Assembly (NCBI GenBank): GCA_051251855.1 | Contig: JBPOGI010000001.1 | Location: 1,056,001 to 1,120,000 of the forward strand | Direction: 5' to 3' | DNA: 64,000 bases | From: Roseibacillus sp. | Lineage (GTDB): Bacteria > Verrucomicrobiota > Verrucomicrobiia > Verrucomicrobiales > Akkermansiaceae | In this document: one piece after another, positions 1 through 10,508 of the stretch | Layout of the letters: every line of letters begins with the position of its first letter | How positions within the stretch are numbered: position 1 is the stretch's first letter | Translations under genes and position numbers: made by a program | The notes under the pieces: generated by a model | Databases searched by the model: none | What the model was told of the DNA's origin: nothing | Seen by the model: only the letters and a program-made list of their open reading frames with translations

Positions 1-17
1 GGTTGTCAGTGCGATTT

Positions 18-1019
18 TCATGAGTGGTTGATGGTTGTGAGTAGTCTTGGTCGCTTCCACAAAGCGGAGCCAAGATTGTTCCTTTGTGTGATTAAATAGA
101 GAATGAGCGGCAAAGAGGCCAGCAGGAAAGACGCACATGCAAGGATGATGAGGGCATACTCGCGAAGGGTTAGTTCGACCTTTTCGGCGGTGACTTGAAG
201 GGTGCCAAGGCTGCGCAGGACGTTGGTGGGGACGTGCTTGAGGTTGCCGTCATGATACTCGCCACCGAGGCGGTTGGCGATTTCGCGCAGGGTGGAGACG
301 TCTTGGCGTGATTGGCGGCCGTCGATGAAAGAGCCCTTCATGGGGTCGCCGACGCCGACGACGAGGGCGCCTCCGACGGAGGGTGGCATACGTGGCATTC
401 CAGTGGGAGGGACGGTGTCGCCGTCGGAGATGAGAACGAGGGTGGTGGAGTTGGGGAGCCAGTCCTGTGCGATTTTGGCGGCTTCCTCGAGGCCGTCGAA
501 GAGGCGGGTTTTTCCGGTTTCAAATGCGTAGTGCATGGGGAGGTCGCCGAGGATATTGAGAAGGACTTCGCGGTCGCGGGACTCTTTGACGACGGGTTTG
601 GCTGAACTGTAAGTCGCGACTACGGTGAAGTGCATTTTCTCGTCTGAGACGCGTTGCAGGAGAGACTTCACCAAGGCAGAGGCGCGACGGGTGCGGGAGT
701 CGGTTCCGACTTCGCCGGCGTCTTGCAGGCGCATGGAAGGGGAGACGTCGAGGACGAGAAGAAGGTGCTCGCGGTCGGCGGGTTCGATGGTTTCGAGCTT
801 GGAGCGATGAGCCTTGGGTGAAAGGAGGAAGAGGGTGGAGAGAGCCCAGGCGATGATGGTGAGGCAGAGAGTCCTAACAAGAGGAACAATCCACAGGAGG
901 AAGGAAGGGGTTTCTTGGAGCAGTGACTTTACCGCCGAAACGCGCTTCCAGTGCATGACTTCGGCCGCGGCGACAAGAATCGCAACGGCGAGTGAGATGA
1001 GAATGGAGGTGGTCATCAT
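18..1019 (-). CDS. VWA-domain membrane protein (BatB-like)
   Basis: MIDAS motif DVSPSM and ISDGD; N- and C-terminal hydrophobic helices; ATG at 1019 overlaps the upstream TAA (TAATG coupling). Confidence 0.85.
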   Translation of the reverse strand: MMTTSILISLAVAILVAAAEVMHWKRVSAVKSLLQETPSFLLWIVPLVRTLCLTIIAWALSTLFLLSPKAHRSKLETIEPADREHLLLVLDVSPSMRLQDAGEVGTDSRTRRASALVKSLLQRVSDEKMHFTVVATYSSAKPVVKESRDREVLLNILGDLPMHYAFETGKTRLFDGLEEAAKIAQDWLPNSTTLVLISDGDTVPPTGMPRMPPSVGGALVVGVGDPMKGSFIDGRQSRQDVSTLREIANRLGGEYHDGNLKHVPTNVLRSLGTLQVTAEKVELTLREYALIILACASFLLASLPLILYLITQRNNLGSALWKRPRLLTTINHS

Positions 1020-1933
1020 TACCAAGGGTTGTAGCGCAAGCCGAAGAGGGTGAGAAGGTGGAGACCGATGACGGAAAAGGCGGCGAGGACAAAGGGTCTA
1101 AAGTTGTCGACGGGGTCGGGGGTGAGGCGCTTGATGGGCGCTTGTTTCATGGCGTCGATTTGTTTGAAAACAGCCTCGAGTGCTGCGGGGTCACCGGCGG
1201 AAAAGTATTGTCCTCCTGTGATTGAGGAGATGACAGACACCTCTGGAGGGGGTGCGCCTTGGGCGACATGCACTCCGTAGAGAACGATGCCGTTTTCTTT
1301 GAGCGAGTTGGCGATTTCGACATCTTTGCCGTTGTAGAGGTCGAAGGATTGTCCGTCGGTGATGAGGAGAATCATCCGGTCGCCGTCCTCGCGTGAGATG
1401 AGAACTTTTTCGCAGGCTCTCACGGCCTTACCGATTTCGGTGCCACCAAACCAGCGTGGGAGGCTTTGGGGGCGAAGAAAAGGGGGGGCGCAGCGGAAGG
1501 CGGAGACGTCGGAGGTGAGCGGAATCCAGTGTAAATAGTTGTTGCCGAAGATGGTGAGGCCAAAGGCGTCTCCCTTGCGATAGTCAATGAAGCTATTGAC
1601 CGCTTCCATGGCAGCGTCATAGCGGTCCCCGTCGCCAAAGTTGGCGGTCATGGAGCCAGAGACATCGATGCAGAATTGAATGTTGGTCATTTCCTGCGCG
1701 GTGCGTGGTTGTTCGAATTTGCGAGGGCCCGCTAAGATGACGATGGCGAGAGCGAGGATGAGAGCGGGGAGTGAACCTGCGAGGTCGAGTACCCAGGTGA
1801 GGAGGCGTCGGCGTTGATGGGGGTGATTGTCGCTGGGAACGGGAACGGGCTGGGCCTTGAAGCGATGTTGGAAGACAAGCAGTCCGATGGGGACAACAAG
1901 GAGCAACAACACGAATGGATGGGCGAAGAGCAA
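1019..1933 (-). CDS. VWA-domain protein (BatA-like)
   Basis: FAHP..LLLL N-terminus, second TM followed by LAGP, MIDAS DVSGSM, GGTEIG, LITDG; TTG start; MoxR/DUF58 context. Confidence 0.85.
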   Translation of the reverse strand: MLFAHPFVLLLLVVPIGLLVFQHRFKAQPVPVPSDNHPHQRRRLLTWVLDLAGSLPALILALAIVILAGPRKFEQPRTAQEMTNIQFCIDVSGSMTANFGDGDRYDAAMEAVNSFIDYRKGDAFGLTIFGNNYLHWIPLTSDVSAFRCAPPFLRPQSLPRWFGGTEIGKAVRACEKVLISREDGDRMILLITDGQSFDLYNGKDVEIANSLKENGIVLYGVHVAQGAPPPEVSVISSITGGQYFSAGDPAALEAVFKQIDAMKQAPIKRLTPDPVDNFRPFVLAAFSVIGLHLLTLFGLRYNPW

Positions 1934-1939
1934 GGTTGG

Positions 1940-2782
1940 CTAGGTGCGGTAAGGTTCGAGGAGGGTGTCGATTTCGGAGGAGGAGACCTCGCTGGCAGGG
2001 GCGTGGAGCCAATGCTCGAGCTTGCGGAGGAGGGGGGAGGCTTCGGGGTGGTCGCGCAGAAGGGCGAGAGATTTGGCGGGGGGAAGGTCGGTGACTTCGG
2101 GAACACGCTTACGCCAGTGGGCGAGGATGAGGCGCTCGAGTTGCGCTTGTTCTTCGGTGGCGAGTTGGCCTTGGGATGCTTTTTTGAGAATGGGTTCGAG
2201 ACGATCGGCGAGGGTGGGAGGAGGCACTTCGGTTTGGTGGCTTTCCTTTCTTTTGCGGCTGGAAAAGAAGAGCCAAGTGAGCCCCGCTATCCAAACAAGG
2301 CCAAGGATGAAAAGAAGAGCGCGATAGCCTCCAATGCGAGGAGCGGGTTTGGGTTGGAGGGCGGCAGGTTGCGGTAAGCCCGGAGGGAGGCCGGTGGTGA
2401 TGATGAGTGGGATAAAGTGGGATGAGGTTCCGGATTCGGTGGCGGTGGGACGAAGGTAGTCGCCGAGATTGTAGGAACCGGGGTCGAGGCCTTGCACCTC
2501 GAAGGTGTAGCGGAAGCCGTCTTGGGCAGGTTTGGTTTCGACGAGGCGAACGATGAGCGGGACTTCGCGGTCTTTGCGGGGGACGGGTTCCGTGAGTGGG
2601 CCGGTGAGATAGAGGTCTTCGAGGAGGAGGGGGAGGCCGACGCGTTGGGTGGGTGTTTCGGCGTGGAGAGGTAGGGTGCAGAAGAGCGCGAAAAGGAGAA
2701 GGAAGATGATTTTCCCGAAATCCGCCTGAAGTGGGACGGTTCGTTGATGCGGCTTGCAAAGCCACGCTCCTGTTTCTTTCAT
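1940..2782 (-). CDS. MoxR/Bat-operon-associated single-pass membrane protein (hypothetical)
   Basis: Signal-like hydrophobic segment, Pro-rich linker, TM helix; ATGA overlap with the DUF58 stop; position typical of such operons. Confidence 0.7.
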   Translation of the reverse strand: MKETGAWLCKPHQRTVPLQADFGKIIFLLLFALFCTLPLHAETPTQRVGLPLLLEDLYLTGPLTEPVPRKDREVPLIVRLVETKPAQDGFRYTFEVQGLDPGSYNLGDYLRPTATESGTSSHFIPLIITTGLPPGLPQPAALQPKPAPRIGGYRALLFILGLVWIAGLTWLFFSSRKRKESHQTEVPPPTLADRLEPILKKASQGQLATEEQAQLERLILAHWRKRVPEVTDLPPAKSLALLRDHPEASPLLRKLEHWLHAPASEVSSSEIDTLLEPYRT

Positions 2783-3627
2783 CGGGAGAGGAGGTTGCGG
2801 GATTGTAGGAAGAGTCGGAGGGAGGCGAGAAAGGGTTGGTCGGTTTTGAGGAGGAAGTGGTCTACGGAGGCGCCTTGAAGCTCGCTCACGATGTCATCGG
2901 TGGTGGTGAATTGCTGGCGTGCAGGGGCGGTGATGGTGCGGTTGCTTTCGGCATCTTTGGCTCGGAGGAATCCGGCGCCAGCGAGTCCGTCTTCGGCAGG
3001 GTCGCGCAGCAGGATGGTGACCACGTCGTGACGACCGTTGACGAGCTTGAGAGCGGGAATGGCGGAAGGGTCGTGCAGGTCGGTGAGAACGAAGATGAGG
3101 GCGCGTTGTTTGAGAGAGGGATTGAGAGCGAGGAGTTTTTCGCCGAGCTGGGTTTTTTCCACGAAATCGAAGTGCCGGAGCTGGTGCAGCCAGAGCATGA
3201 GGGTTTCGCGGGAGAGGGAGGGGGAGACTTTGAGGTCGCGAGAGCCGGCTGCTAACAAGCCGACGGGAGAAACTCGGTCGAGGCAGGCAAGGGCGAGTCC
3301 GCCGGTGATTTGAACCGCGAGTTGATATTTTGAGAGCTTGGTGGAGCTCAAGGTCATGGAGGCGGAACTATCGACCACGAACCAGACGGGGAGCTGCTTG
3401 GGAGTTTCGTATTCTTTGATGTGGGGAACGCCGGTGCGTGCGGTGACTCGCCAATCGATGGTTTTGACGGGGTCACCGGGGACGTAGGGGCGCGATTGGA
3501 CATACTCTAAACCTGAACCAAGGAAGGGACTGCGGTCGGTGCCGTAGCTGAGGGAGTCAGCCAAGCGCTTGATCGCGATCACGAATTGTCGCGAGTCAAG
3601 AGGATCGGTTTGTTGGAGTTCGGGCAT
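2779..3627 (-). CDS. DUF58 family protein
   Basis: GSGLEY..SRPYVPGD..K.IDW.VTAR and VDSSASM motifs; directly downstream of MoxR. Confidence 0.9.
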   Translation of the reverse strand: MPELQQTDPLDSRQFVIAIKRLADSLSYGTDRSPFLGSGLEYVQSRPYVPGDPVKTIDWRVTARTGVPHIKEYETPKQLPVWFVVDSSASMTLSSTKLSKYQLAVQITGGLALACLDRVSPVGLLAAGSRDLKVSPSLSRETLMLWLHQLRHFDFVEKTQLGEKLLALNPSLKQRALIFVLTDLHDPSAIPALKLVNGRHDVVTILLRDPAEDGLAGAGFLRAKDAESNRTITAPARQQFTTTDDIVSELQGASVDHFLLKTDQPFLASLRLFLQSRNLLSR

Positions 3628-3629
3628 GG

Positions 3630-4634
3630 CTAGCTGACCGAGGCTTCGAGGATCTCATTGAGGACGCCCTTGGGAGTCTTGCCTTCGGCGAGAGCTTCGT
3701 AGGAAAGGCGGATGCGGTGGAGGCAAACGTCTTCGGCGAGGGCAAAGAGGTCTTCGGGGATGACGTAGTCGCGACCGTGGATGAGGGCGCGAGCGCGGGA
3801 GGCCTTGAGGAGAGAGATTCCTGCACGAGGAGAACAGCCGAGTTCGAGGTCGGGGTGTTGGCGAGTGCGCTCGACGACGTCGATGACGTGTTTGAGAAAG
3901 ACGTCCGAGACGTGAATGTCGTGCACGGCTTGGGTAGCGTTGACGAGGTCTTCGGTAGTTCCGACTGCGTCGCCGCCGATGAGATCGAATTCCGTTTTGG
4001 CGACTGCTCCGCCGTCTTTCTTGCTGATGCCTAGCCTCATGTTGCGACGGAGAATTTCTTCCTCTTCCTCAGGGGTGGGGTAAGTGAGGCGGTGACAAAG
4101 CATGAAACGGTCGAGCTGGGCTTCGGGAAGCTCGAAGGTGCCGGATTGCTCGATGGGGTTCTGGGTCGCAATCACGAGGAAGGGGGTGGGAAGGGAGTAG
4201 GTCTCAGCTCCGAGGGTGACCTTACGCTCTTGCATGGCCTCTAGAAGAGCACCTTGAACCTTGGGCGCGGCGCGGTTGATCTCGTCGGCGAGAAGGAGGT
4301 TTGTGAAAATGGGGCCTTTGTGGGTGCGGAAGCTGCCCGACTTTTCATCGAGAATCTCGGTTCCAACGATATCGGAGGGCAAAAGGTCGATGGTGAACTG
4401 GATGCGGCGGAAATCGAGATGAAGCGCTTTGGAGACAGTGTTAACCAGAAGAGTCTTCGCCAGCCCGGGCATTCCTTCGAGGAGAAGGTGACCCGAGGTG
4501 AGAAGGGCGATGAGAGTGCGTTCGACGACCACGTCCTGTCCGACGACAATTTCGCCAGTTCGTTCTCGGATGGATTGGAGCCACGCGGACGTGGCCTCGG
4601 ATGAAGGGTGAGGTGCGCTCATAGAAAGGGTCAT
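3630..4634 (-). CDS. moxR: MoxR-family AAA+ ATPase
   Basis: Walker A GMPGLAKT, RIQFT.DLLPSD, LLADEINRA, ATQNPIEQ.GT..LPEAQLDRF. Confidence 0.95.
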   Translation of the reverse strand: MTLSMSAPHPSSEATSAWLQSIRERTGEIVVGQDVVVERTLIALLTSGHLLLEGMPGLAKTLLVNTVSKALHLDFRRIQFTIDLLPSDIVGTEILDEKSGSFRTHKGPIFTNLLLADEINRAAPKVQGALLEAMQERKVTLGAETYSLPTPFLVIATQNPIEQSGTFELPEAQLDRFMLCHRLTYPTPEEEEEILRRNMRLGISKKDGGAVAKTEFDLIGGDAVGTTEDLVNATQAVHDIHVSDVFLKHVIDVVERTRQHPDLELGCSPRAGISLLKASRARALIHGRDYVIPEDLFALAEDVCLHRIRLSYEALAEGKTPKGVLNEILEASVS

Positions 4635-5233
4635 TGTTCGGGAACTGGTCTACTCTGATGAAAACGAGAGAGGAGGGGAAGTTTGTTTCTTGAAGGGAAC
4701 AGTTCATTTGGTTGATGGTCCCCTGAAGTAGTTTCCACAAAAAGAAAGTTCGCCTCTCAAATTTAGATTCAAGCGAAGTGCAATTTGATGCGATCAGCGC
4801 CGGTAGTATACTCTTGGAATTCTGAAAGTTGTGACTTTTTTTTAGAATACAATTTCTAGCAAGTTGTTAATCAGGAGTTGTTGTCGCGAGGGCGGAATTT
4901 TGATTTTACTCATTTAATTAAAGCGTTTTAATTAAGCGATTTAAGTTTGAATTGCACGTGAAAGAAGCAATCAGGAAACCGGGAGTTTTTCATGATTTCG
5001 CAACAAGATTCTTAGGTCGAGTTAAGCTTCTCGAGCGTCAAGTATGTTAGAAATAAAGCCGTGGAACCCATGTTTTTAAAAGGGCCAAAAAGTTCCCCGC
5101 AAGAAGTGGTTCTAACTCTTGGCCATGTTAGAAAATCCTCCCTAAAACTTCGCTCTCTTCCGGAGAAACCGAGGCCGTGGTCAGTCGCAGTGGCGCCGAC
5201 GTTGATACTGGGAGAGACATTCAATAACGCCCC
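4635..5233. promoter_or_regulatory. AT-rich divergent intergenic region upstream of dnaA and moxR
   Basis: About 600 bp with no credible ORF; AT-rich tract near 4900-4955; ATGTTAGAAA repeated (5044-5053, 5125-5134); only one near-canonical DnaA box seen (GTTTCCACA 4731-4739). Confidence 0.5.
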
Positions 5234-6718
5234 ATGTCCCAACCCTCAACCTCTCAATCCGATGCTTCTTTTCCAGAAAACTTCCCCGGCGCAGCAGCTC
5301 AACCAGAACTCGAAGAAGAGTTCGTAGCCCGTCAGATCGCCGATCCTTGGGCCAAGATCGCTCCAGTATTGAAGTCCCTTGTTCACGAAAACGTTTTCAA
5401 CCGGTGGTTTGCGAATGCTGAGTTGCTGAGAGAAGATGACGGCACTTGGGTGTTAACAGTGCCAACCGATACCCATTGTCTTTGGATTGAGACTAACTTT
5501 ATGCCGGAGCTCTGCACTGCGCTGGGAACAGCGCTCGATCTCGCAGAGGCAGGACAGGTCCGGATTCGAGAGAAAAGCCTTTCAGACCAGCAAACCTCCG
5601 AACCCCATTCCGAGCCGACAGTAGTTGAGCGGGAGCTTTTCGAAGACTTGGCCTCGTCCAGCGCCGACGAAGAAGATTTCCTCAAGCGAATGAAGCGAGC
5701 TCGCCTAAATCCAGCAAACACCTTCGAGCGTTTTGTGGTCGGTGGAAGCAATGAGTTCGCCCATGCGGCATGCCTTGCGGTTGGTCAAGGCCGAGGACAG
5801 GCCTTTAACCCCCTCTTCATCCACGGTGGCTCGGGAATGGGTAAAACGCATCTTGCACAAGCCTTGGGACAGGAGTTCCTTAAGAACCAACCGAAGAAAC
5901 GAGTGGTCTATTTGACCTGTGAGCAGTTCTGCAATGAGTTCATTGATGCCGTTCAAAAGGGAAGTTTGACCCAATTCCGCAACAAATACCGTAAGGCGGA
6001 GGTTCTGATTGTGGATGACATCCAGTTTCTCAAGGGAAAGGAAAAGACGGGAGATGAGTTTTTCCACACTTTCAATGCCCTGCTTGAGCTTCAAGCACAG
6101 ATTATTTTGACCTCGGATCGCCCCGCTTCTGAGATTCAGAGCTTGGAGAATCGACTTATGACGCGGTTCGAGAGCGGTCTTACCGTCGCGCTTGAACCTC
6201 CTTCACTGGAAATGCGGGTCGCGATTCTCCAGAAAAAGATGGAGGAATGGCAGGTTCAGATTTCTCCTGAAATCCTTCACTTTATCGCTGAAAGGGTGCG
6301 CACAAGCGTGCGACGTCTGGAAGGCGCCTTGGTGCGCGTTGCGACTTTTTCGTCGCTGGGATCTGGAGGGCTCACCTTGGCGCGCGTGGAGTCTTTGCTG
6401 AAAGACATTTTTCATGAGGAAGCGAGCCACAAAGTCACCATCGACTCGATTCAGCGCACCGTTGCGGATTACTACGACTTGCGGATCGCAGACATGACAG
6501 GTCGTCGTCGTCCTAAGAAAATCGCCCATGCCCGCCAGGTAGCGATGTATTTGAGCCGTAAGTTGACCAAGAATTCGCTCATGGAGATTGGCGAGGCCTT
6601 CGGAGGTCGGGACCATGGAACCATCATTCATGCAGTGAAAAAGGTGACCACTCTGGTTGAAAGCGAGACCGACACCAAAGAAGAGGTCGATCATCTGGCC
6701 TCACGCTTGAATCGGTAA
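5234..6718 (+). CDS. dnaA: chromosomal replication initiator DnaA
   Basis: NTF..FVVG.SN, NPLFIHGGSGMGKTHL, DDIQFL, FFHTFN, RRLEGAL, FGGRDHGT domain IV. Confidence 0.98.
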   Translation: MSQPSTSQSDASFPENFPGAAAQPELEEEFVARQIADPWAKIAPVLKSLVHENVFNRWFANAELLREDDGTWVLTVPTDTHCLWIETNFMPELCTALGTALDLAEAGQVRIREKSLSDQQTSEPHSEPTVVERELFEDLASSSADEEDFLKRMKRARLNPANTFERFVVGGSNEFAHAACLAVGQGRGQAFNPLFIHGGSGMGKTHLAQALGQEFLKNQPKKRVVYLTCEQFCNEFIDAVQKGSLTQFRNKYRKAEVLIVDDIQFLKGKEKTGDEFFHTFNALLELQAQIILTSDRPASEIQSLENRLMTRFESGLTVALEPPSLEMRVAILQKKMEEWQVQISPEILHFIAERVRTSVRRLEGALVRVATFSSLGSGGLTLARVESLLKDIFHEEASHKVTIDSIQRTVADYYDLRIADMTGRRRPKKIAHARQVAMYLSRKLTKNSLMEIGEAFGGRDHGTIIHAVKKVTTLVESETDTKEEVDHLASRLNR

Positions 6719-6852
6719 CTTCGGCTGAAAGGGCAGATCTGCTGAAAAAGTGAAGAACGACGAGTTTGGAGCGCATCGGGTCATAATTCGATAGGGGCTT
6801 GCAAAAGGTCGGGACTTCTTAGAAACCTAAGGGAGCCTTCGGGCACACCCTT

Positions 6853-7950
6853 ATGAAGTTTCGTATTGCAAAGGAAGCCTTTCTCGATGGTTTGCAGCAA
6901 GTTCAGCATGTTGTCAGCACTCGCACCACGCTGCCTATCCTCTCTAATGTTCTCATTGAAGCCAAAGATGGCGAATTGCGGCTTACCACGACCGACCTTG
7001 ATGTCGGTGTCAGTGGCAGCGTCAAAGCCGAAGTTACAAAAGAGGGTGCGACGACCCTGCCTGCCAAACGTCTGGTGAGCATCATCCGTGAGCTGCCTTC
7101 TGCCGAGATTGAGATCTCAATCGATGCCAAGAACGTTGCGAGCATTTCGAGTGGTCCTAGTTTCTTCAAGATCATTGGGCTCCCGCATGACGAGTTTCCG
7201 CCTTTGCCTGATTTCAATGATGCCAAGGAGTATAAGATTCCGCAGGCGATTTTTAAAGAAGGTCTCAAGAAGACTTCTTACGCAATTTCAACGGATGAGA
7301 CGCGCTATGTTCTCAACGGCATTTTCATCTCCTTTAAGGAAGGGAAGATGACTCTTGTTGCCACTGATGGTCGTCGTCTCGCGATGGTTGAGAACGAGTT
7401 GGAGTTTCCAGCCACACACGAGACCGAAATCATTGTTCCTACTAAGGCTATTCAAGAGCTTGCTCGCCTAAGCAGTATGGAAGGTGAAGTGCAGGTGAAG
7501 TTACAGTCAAACCAGATTTCCTTTGAGATTGGCGATAGCATCATCGTTTCCAAGTTAATTGAGGGGAACTACCCCAATTACCGTCAGGTCATTCCTGGGG
7601 AAAAGAAAGAGCGCCTTGACCTCAATCGCGAGTCGTTCTTCGAAACCGTTCGTCGTGTTTCATTACTCTCTTCGGAAAAGTCCAATTCGGTGAAACTCGT
7701 CTTCGGACCGGACACTCTCGACATCACTGCTAACTCTCCAGATATTGGTGAAGCGAAAGAGTCCATGGCGGTGAAATATTCTGGACCCGAGTTTGCGATT
7801 GCTTTCAATCCAGACTTCCTAATGGCTCCTCTCCGCGCCTTGGATGAGGATGACCTTCATCTAGATCTCATTGATGAGATGAGCCCGGGTGTTCTTCGAG
7901 CAGCAGGGAACTTCCTCTATGTTCTGATGCCCATGCGGGTGACAAACTAG
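6853..7950 (+). CDS. dnaN: DNA polymerase III beta clamp
   Basis: TTLPILSN, DETRYVLNG, VATDGRRL, YPNYRQVIP, C-terminal YVLMPMR; follows dnaA. Confidence 0.98.
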   Translation: MKFRIAKEAFLDGLQQVQHVVSTRTTLPILSNVLIEAKDGELRLTTTDLDVGVSGSVKAEVTKEGATTLPAKRLVSIIRELPSAEIEISIDAKNVASISSGPSFFKIIGLPHDEFPPLPDFNDAKEYKIPQAIFKEGLKKTSYAISTDETRYVLNGIFISFKEGKMTLVATDGRRLAMVENELEFPATHETEIIVPTKAIQELARLSSMEGEVQVKLQSNQISFEIGDSIIVSKLIEGNYPNYRQVIPGEKKERLDLNRESFFETVRRVSLLSSEKSNSVKLVFGPDTLDITANSPDIGEAKESMAVKYSGPEFAIAFNPDFLMAPLRALDEDDLHLDLIDEMSPGVLRAAGNFLYVLMPMRVTN

Positions 7951-8117
7951 GAGAATTCTAGGACTCGAACCTTTAGGTCGTCTGGCACGGCTCTCTGTTT
8001 AGGGAATCATTTTCCGCGTGCAGTCACACTGCTCACGCAGAGATTATGCTGCTCTGGGCGACAGGGCCTAATCTTCAGATGACGGCGTCCTTGAAAGGCT
8101 CGCATTCGAGGTTCCGC

Positions 8118-10502
8118 CTATGGGAGGAGTTTCTTATATTTGGCAGCGGCAGCGAGCGAAGTCGAGTCTCCCTTCTCTTCATACACTTCGATAGCTCGCT
8201 TGATGGCTGAAGTCTTCGTTTCCTCTGTTCCAATGATTTCGGCGACCACCACGTAGTGACTGAGGGCTCCGTCCAAGTCGTCTTGGCGATGAGCGATGTC
8301 GCCCATGGTGATGCGAAGTTCGGCATTGAGTCCACCTTGTGGTTTCAGCTCAAGTGCTTGTTTGGCAACATCGCTTGCTGCTGCGAATTGGCGCAACCCC
8401 AGAAGAGCTTTCGATTTGCGGTGAAGAAGAACTGCACGCAGGTAAGCGCTTTCCTCAATAGGCATGAGAATGTCGCAGGCTTGAACGGTTTCCTTATGAT
8501 AGCCGAGGGCTTCCGCGCTTTGAGCATAAGCTTTCCATACCGCCTTTTTTGTATCAGTGGGCTTGTTAGGTGTGACCGCTTTGGTGAGATACTTCCAAGC
8601 TTGAGCATAGGCGCCATCGGCTGCAAACTTTGCTCCGAGCCATGCATAGACGGGGCGGGGAAGTCCTGAATCGGGAAACTCCTTCATCAACCGATCCAAC
8701 TCGGGCTGGAGAGCCGCTTGGTCTTGGCGCGCGAAGTGAATGAGAGCAAGGTGAATGGAGCTATCTTTCCCGAGCCCGCTAGGATTAAGCTCGCGAGCCT
8801 TAATGAAGGCAGGGAGCGCTAAGTCATGTTCTTCCTGCTTAAAGTGAGACCATCCCAGAATGAAATGAGAAGCGGCAATATCTCGCGCGGCTCGTTTGGG
8901 GAATTCTTTGAGAAGCCGGTGATGGGTGGTGATGAGCTTCGGAAAATTCTCTTTTTTACGATAAAGCTCCGCCATTCCCGAGAGCGCTTGGAGACGAAAC
9001 TCGGCCTCGTTGGTCTTGGATAGCAAGAGTTCGTAATCCGACACTGCAGCTTCTTCCGCACCCAATGCGACGTTGATGGCGCCACGATGCGCGAGGGCCC
9101 GAACAGCATTCTTGTCTTCAGGATGCTTGGTTAGGAAGACGTTGAAGGAATCGAGTGCTCCTTTTCGATCGCCAGTTTTTAGGCGTGAATAAGCTAAGCG
9201 ATAGCGTACCCGAGGAATATTCGCGGCGTCGATTCGGGAGAGGTTTATGTCGCCATATTGGCGAGCAGCCTCGCGATACTTGCGTGCGGACGAATACTTT
9301 TCGGCGAGCATAAGGTGGACATTATCCACCCGGGGATCCTCGTTATGATTCTTCTCGTAGCGTTTGAGGAAATCCTCCCCGGCTTTGAAGAAGCTGGCTT
9401 GCCCTTTTTTGTATTCGCGAGTGAGAACGGCGTAAGCGGCGTCGAAGGCTTGGTTCTTGTTTGTGGAAACTTTGGAGAGACGCTCGTAAAGCTTATTGGC
9501 AGTGTCACCATCGCCAGTTTGGCGGAAGGCTTCGGCGGCCATTGCAATGCGCTGGGCGTCTTGATCACGAGGGAGCTTGTAGTTACCGCTTTGGTAAAGC
9601 TTGACCACGCGAGGCAAGTCTTTGGCGTCGTAGGCCTCCGACATGAGAGTGAGCTGGGCTTTGCCATGCCATTCAGCGAGTTTGGGGGTGGTAAGAATGG
9701 TTTCGAACCATGCGGTGGCTTCGGCGTTCTTACCCAACTCGCGCGCGAGAAGAGCTGATTGCAAAATCGAATCAGAGGCGATCTTAGAATCCTTGGAATC
9801 GGTGAGAATCTTGTAGTTGGCATAGGCGCGACTCGCTTCACCTGTTTTGGCATAGATAGCGGCAATAGCGACGCGTGCTTTCTCCTGATACGGGGATCCT
9901 TCATCAAAAACCACGGCTCGAAGCGCATTCTTGAGGTCGTCAGTACGGTCGAGCTGCTGGAGGCAAAGCGCCCTTTGAAAAAGTGCCACGTGGCGCGTCT
10001 CGGCCTTGGTTGCGACTTTGGCTAAACGCGCGAAGAGGGGCTCGGCGGCTTCATACTTCTTGTTTTGATAATAGGTATTCGCCACTTGCTGGGCAGCTGC
10101 TTCGACTAGTGGACCAGCAGCCCCGGAGTTCGCTAAAGCGGTATAAACCGAGAGAGCTTGGTCCTGATTGCCCAGTTTTTCGTAACAAGAAGCGATATAG
10201 AACTGAGCCTCGGTCGCTCGGCTGTCGTGAGGGAAGGCTTTGCGGAAACGTTCGAAGGTGCGGAGGGAACTCTCGTAGGCAATTTTTCGAACTTCTGCTT
10301 TCTTCGCGGACTTGGCTTCTGCGTAGGCCAGTTGAGCTGCTTCGTAAAGGTCGCGTGCGGGGTCTGCTCGGAGAGGCGCAGGAGGAGCTTCGGCTGGGGA
10401 AGGCTGAGGCTCCTGTGCACTGGCACCTAGAGTTAAGCCACTTGTAATGGCCAAAAAGATGGCTTTGTTGGGCGAGCTGTTGGGGAGGGGGCGAATTTTC
10501 AT
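8118..10502 (-). CDS. exported tetratricopeptide-repeat protein
   Basis: Signal peptide ending ASAQ, then tandem helical repeats (AQFYIASCYEKLG..., VRYRLAYSRLKTG...); co-oriented with exbBD. Confidence 0.85.
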   Translation of the reverse strand: MKIRPLPNSSPNKAIFLAITSGLTLGASAQEPQPSPAEAPPAPLRADPARDLYEAAQLAYAEAKSAKKAEVRKIAYESSLRTFERFRKAFPHDSRATEAQFYIASCYEKLGNQDQALSVYTALANSGAAGPLVEAAAQQVANTYYQNKKYEAAEPLFARLAKVATKAETRHVALFQRALCLQQLDRTDDLKNALRAVVFDEGSPYQEKARVAIAAIYAKTGEASRAYANYKILTDSKDSKIASDSILQSALLARELGKNAEATAWFETILTTPKLAEWHGKAQLTLMSEAYDAKDLPRVVKLYQSGNYKLPRDQDAQRIAMAAEAFRQTGDGDTANKLYERLSKVSTNKNQAFDAAYAVLTREYKKGQASFFKAGEDFLKRYEKNHNEDPRVDNVHLMLAEKYSSARKYREAARQYGDINLSRIDAANIPRVRYRLAYSRLKTGDRKGALDSFNVFLTKHPEDKNAVRALAHRGAINVALGAEEAAVSDYELLLSKTNEAEFRLQALSGMAELYRKKENFPKLITTHHRLLKEFPKRAARDIAASHFILGWSHFKQEEHDLALPAFIKARELNPSGLGKDSSIHLALIHFARQDQAALQPELDRLMKEFPDSGLPRPVYAWLGAKFAADGAYAQAWKYLTKAVTPNKPTDTKKAVWKAYAQSAEALGYHKETVQACDILMPIEESAYLRAVLLHRKSKALLGLRQFAAASDVAKQALELKPQGGLNAELRITMGDIAHRQDDLDGALSHYVVVAEIIGTEETKTSAIKRAIEVYEEKGDSTSLAAAAKYKKLLP

Positions 10503-10508
10503 CGTGGG

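Noticed and set aside
4950..4965. parS-like word AATTGCACGTGAAAGA
   Set aside because: Four mismatches to TGTTTCACGTGAAACA and a single copy; compatible with chance.
4635..5233. Classical oriC upstream of dnaA
   Set aside because: Only one near-consensus DnaA box was seen and GC skew does not change sign here; kept only as a regulatory region.
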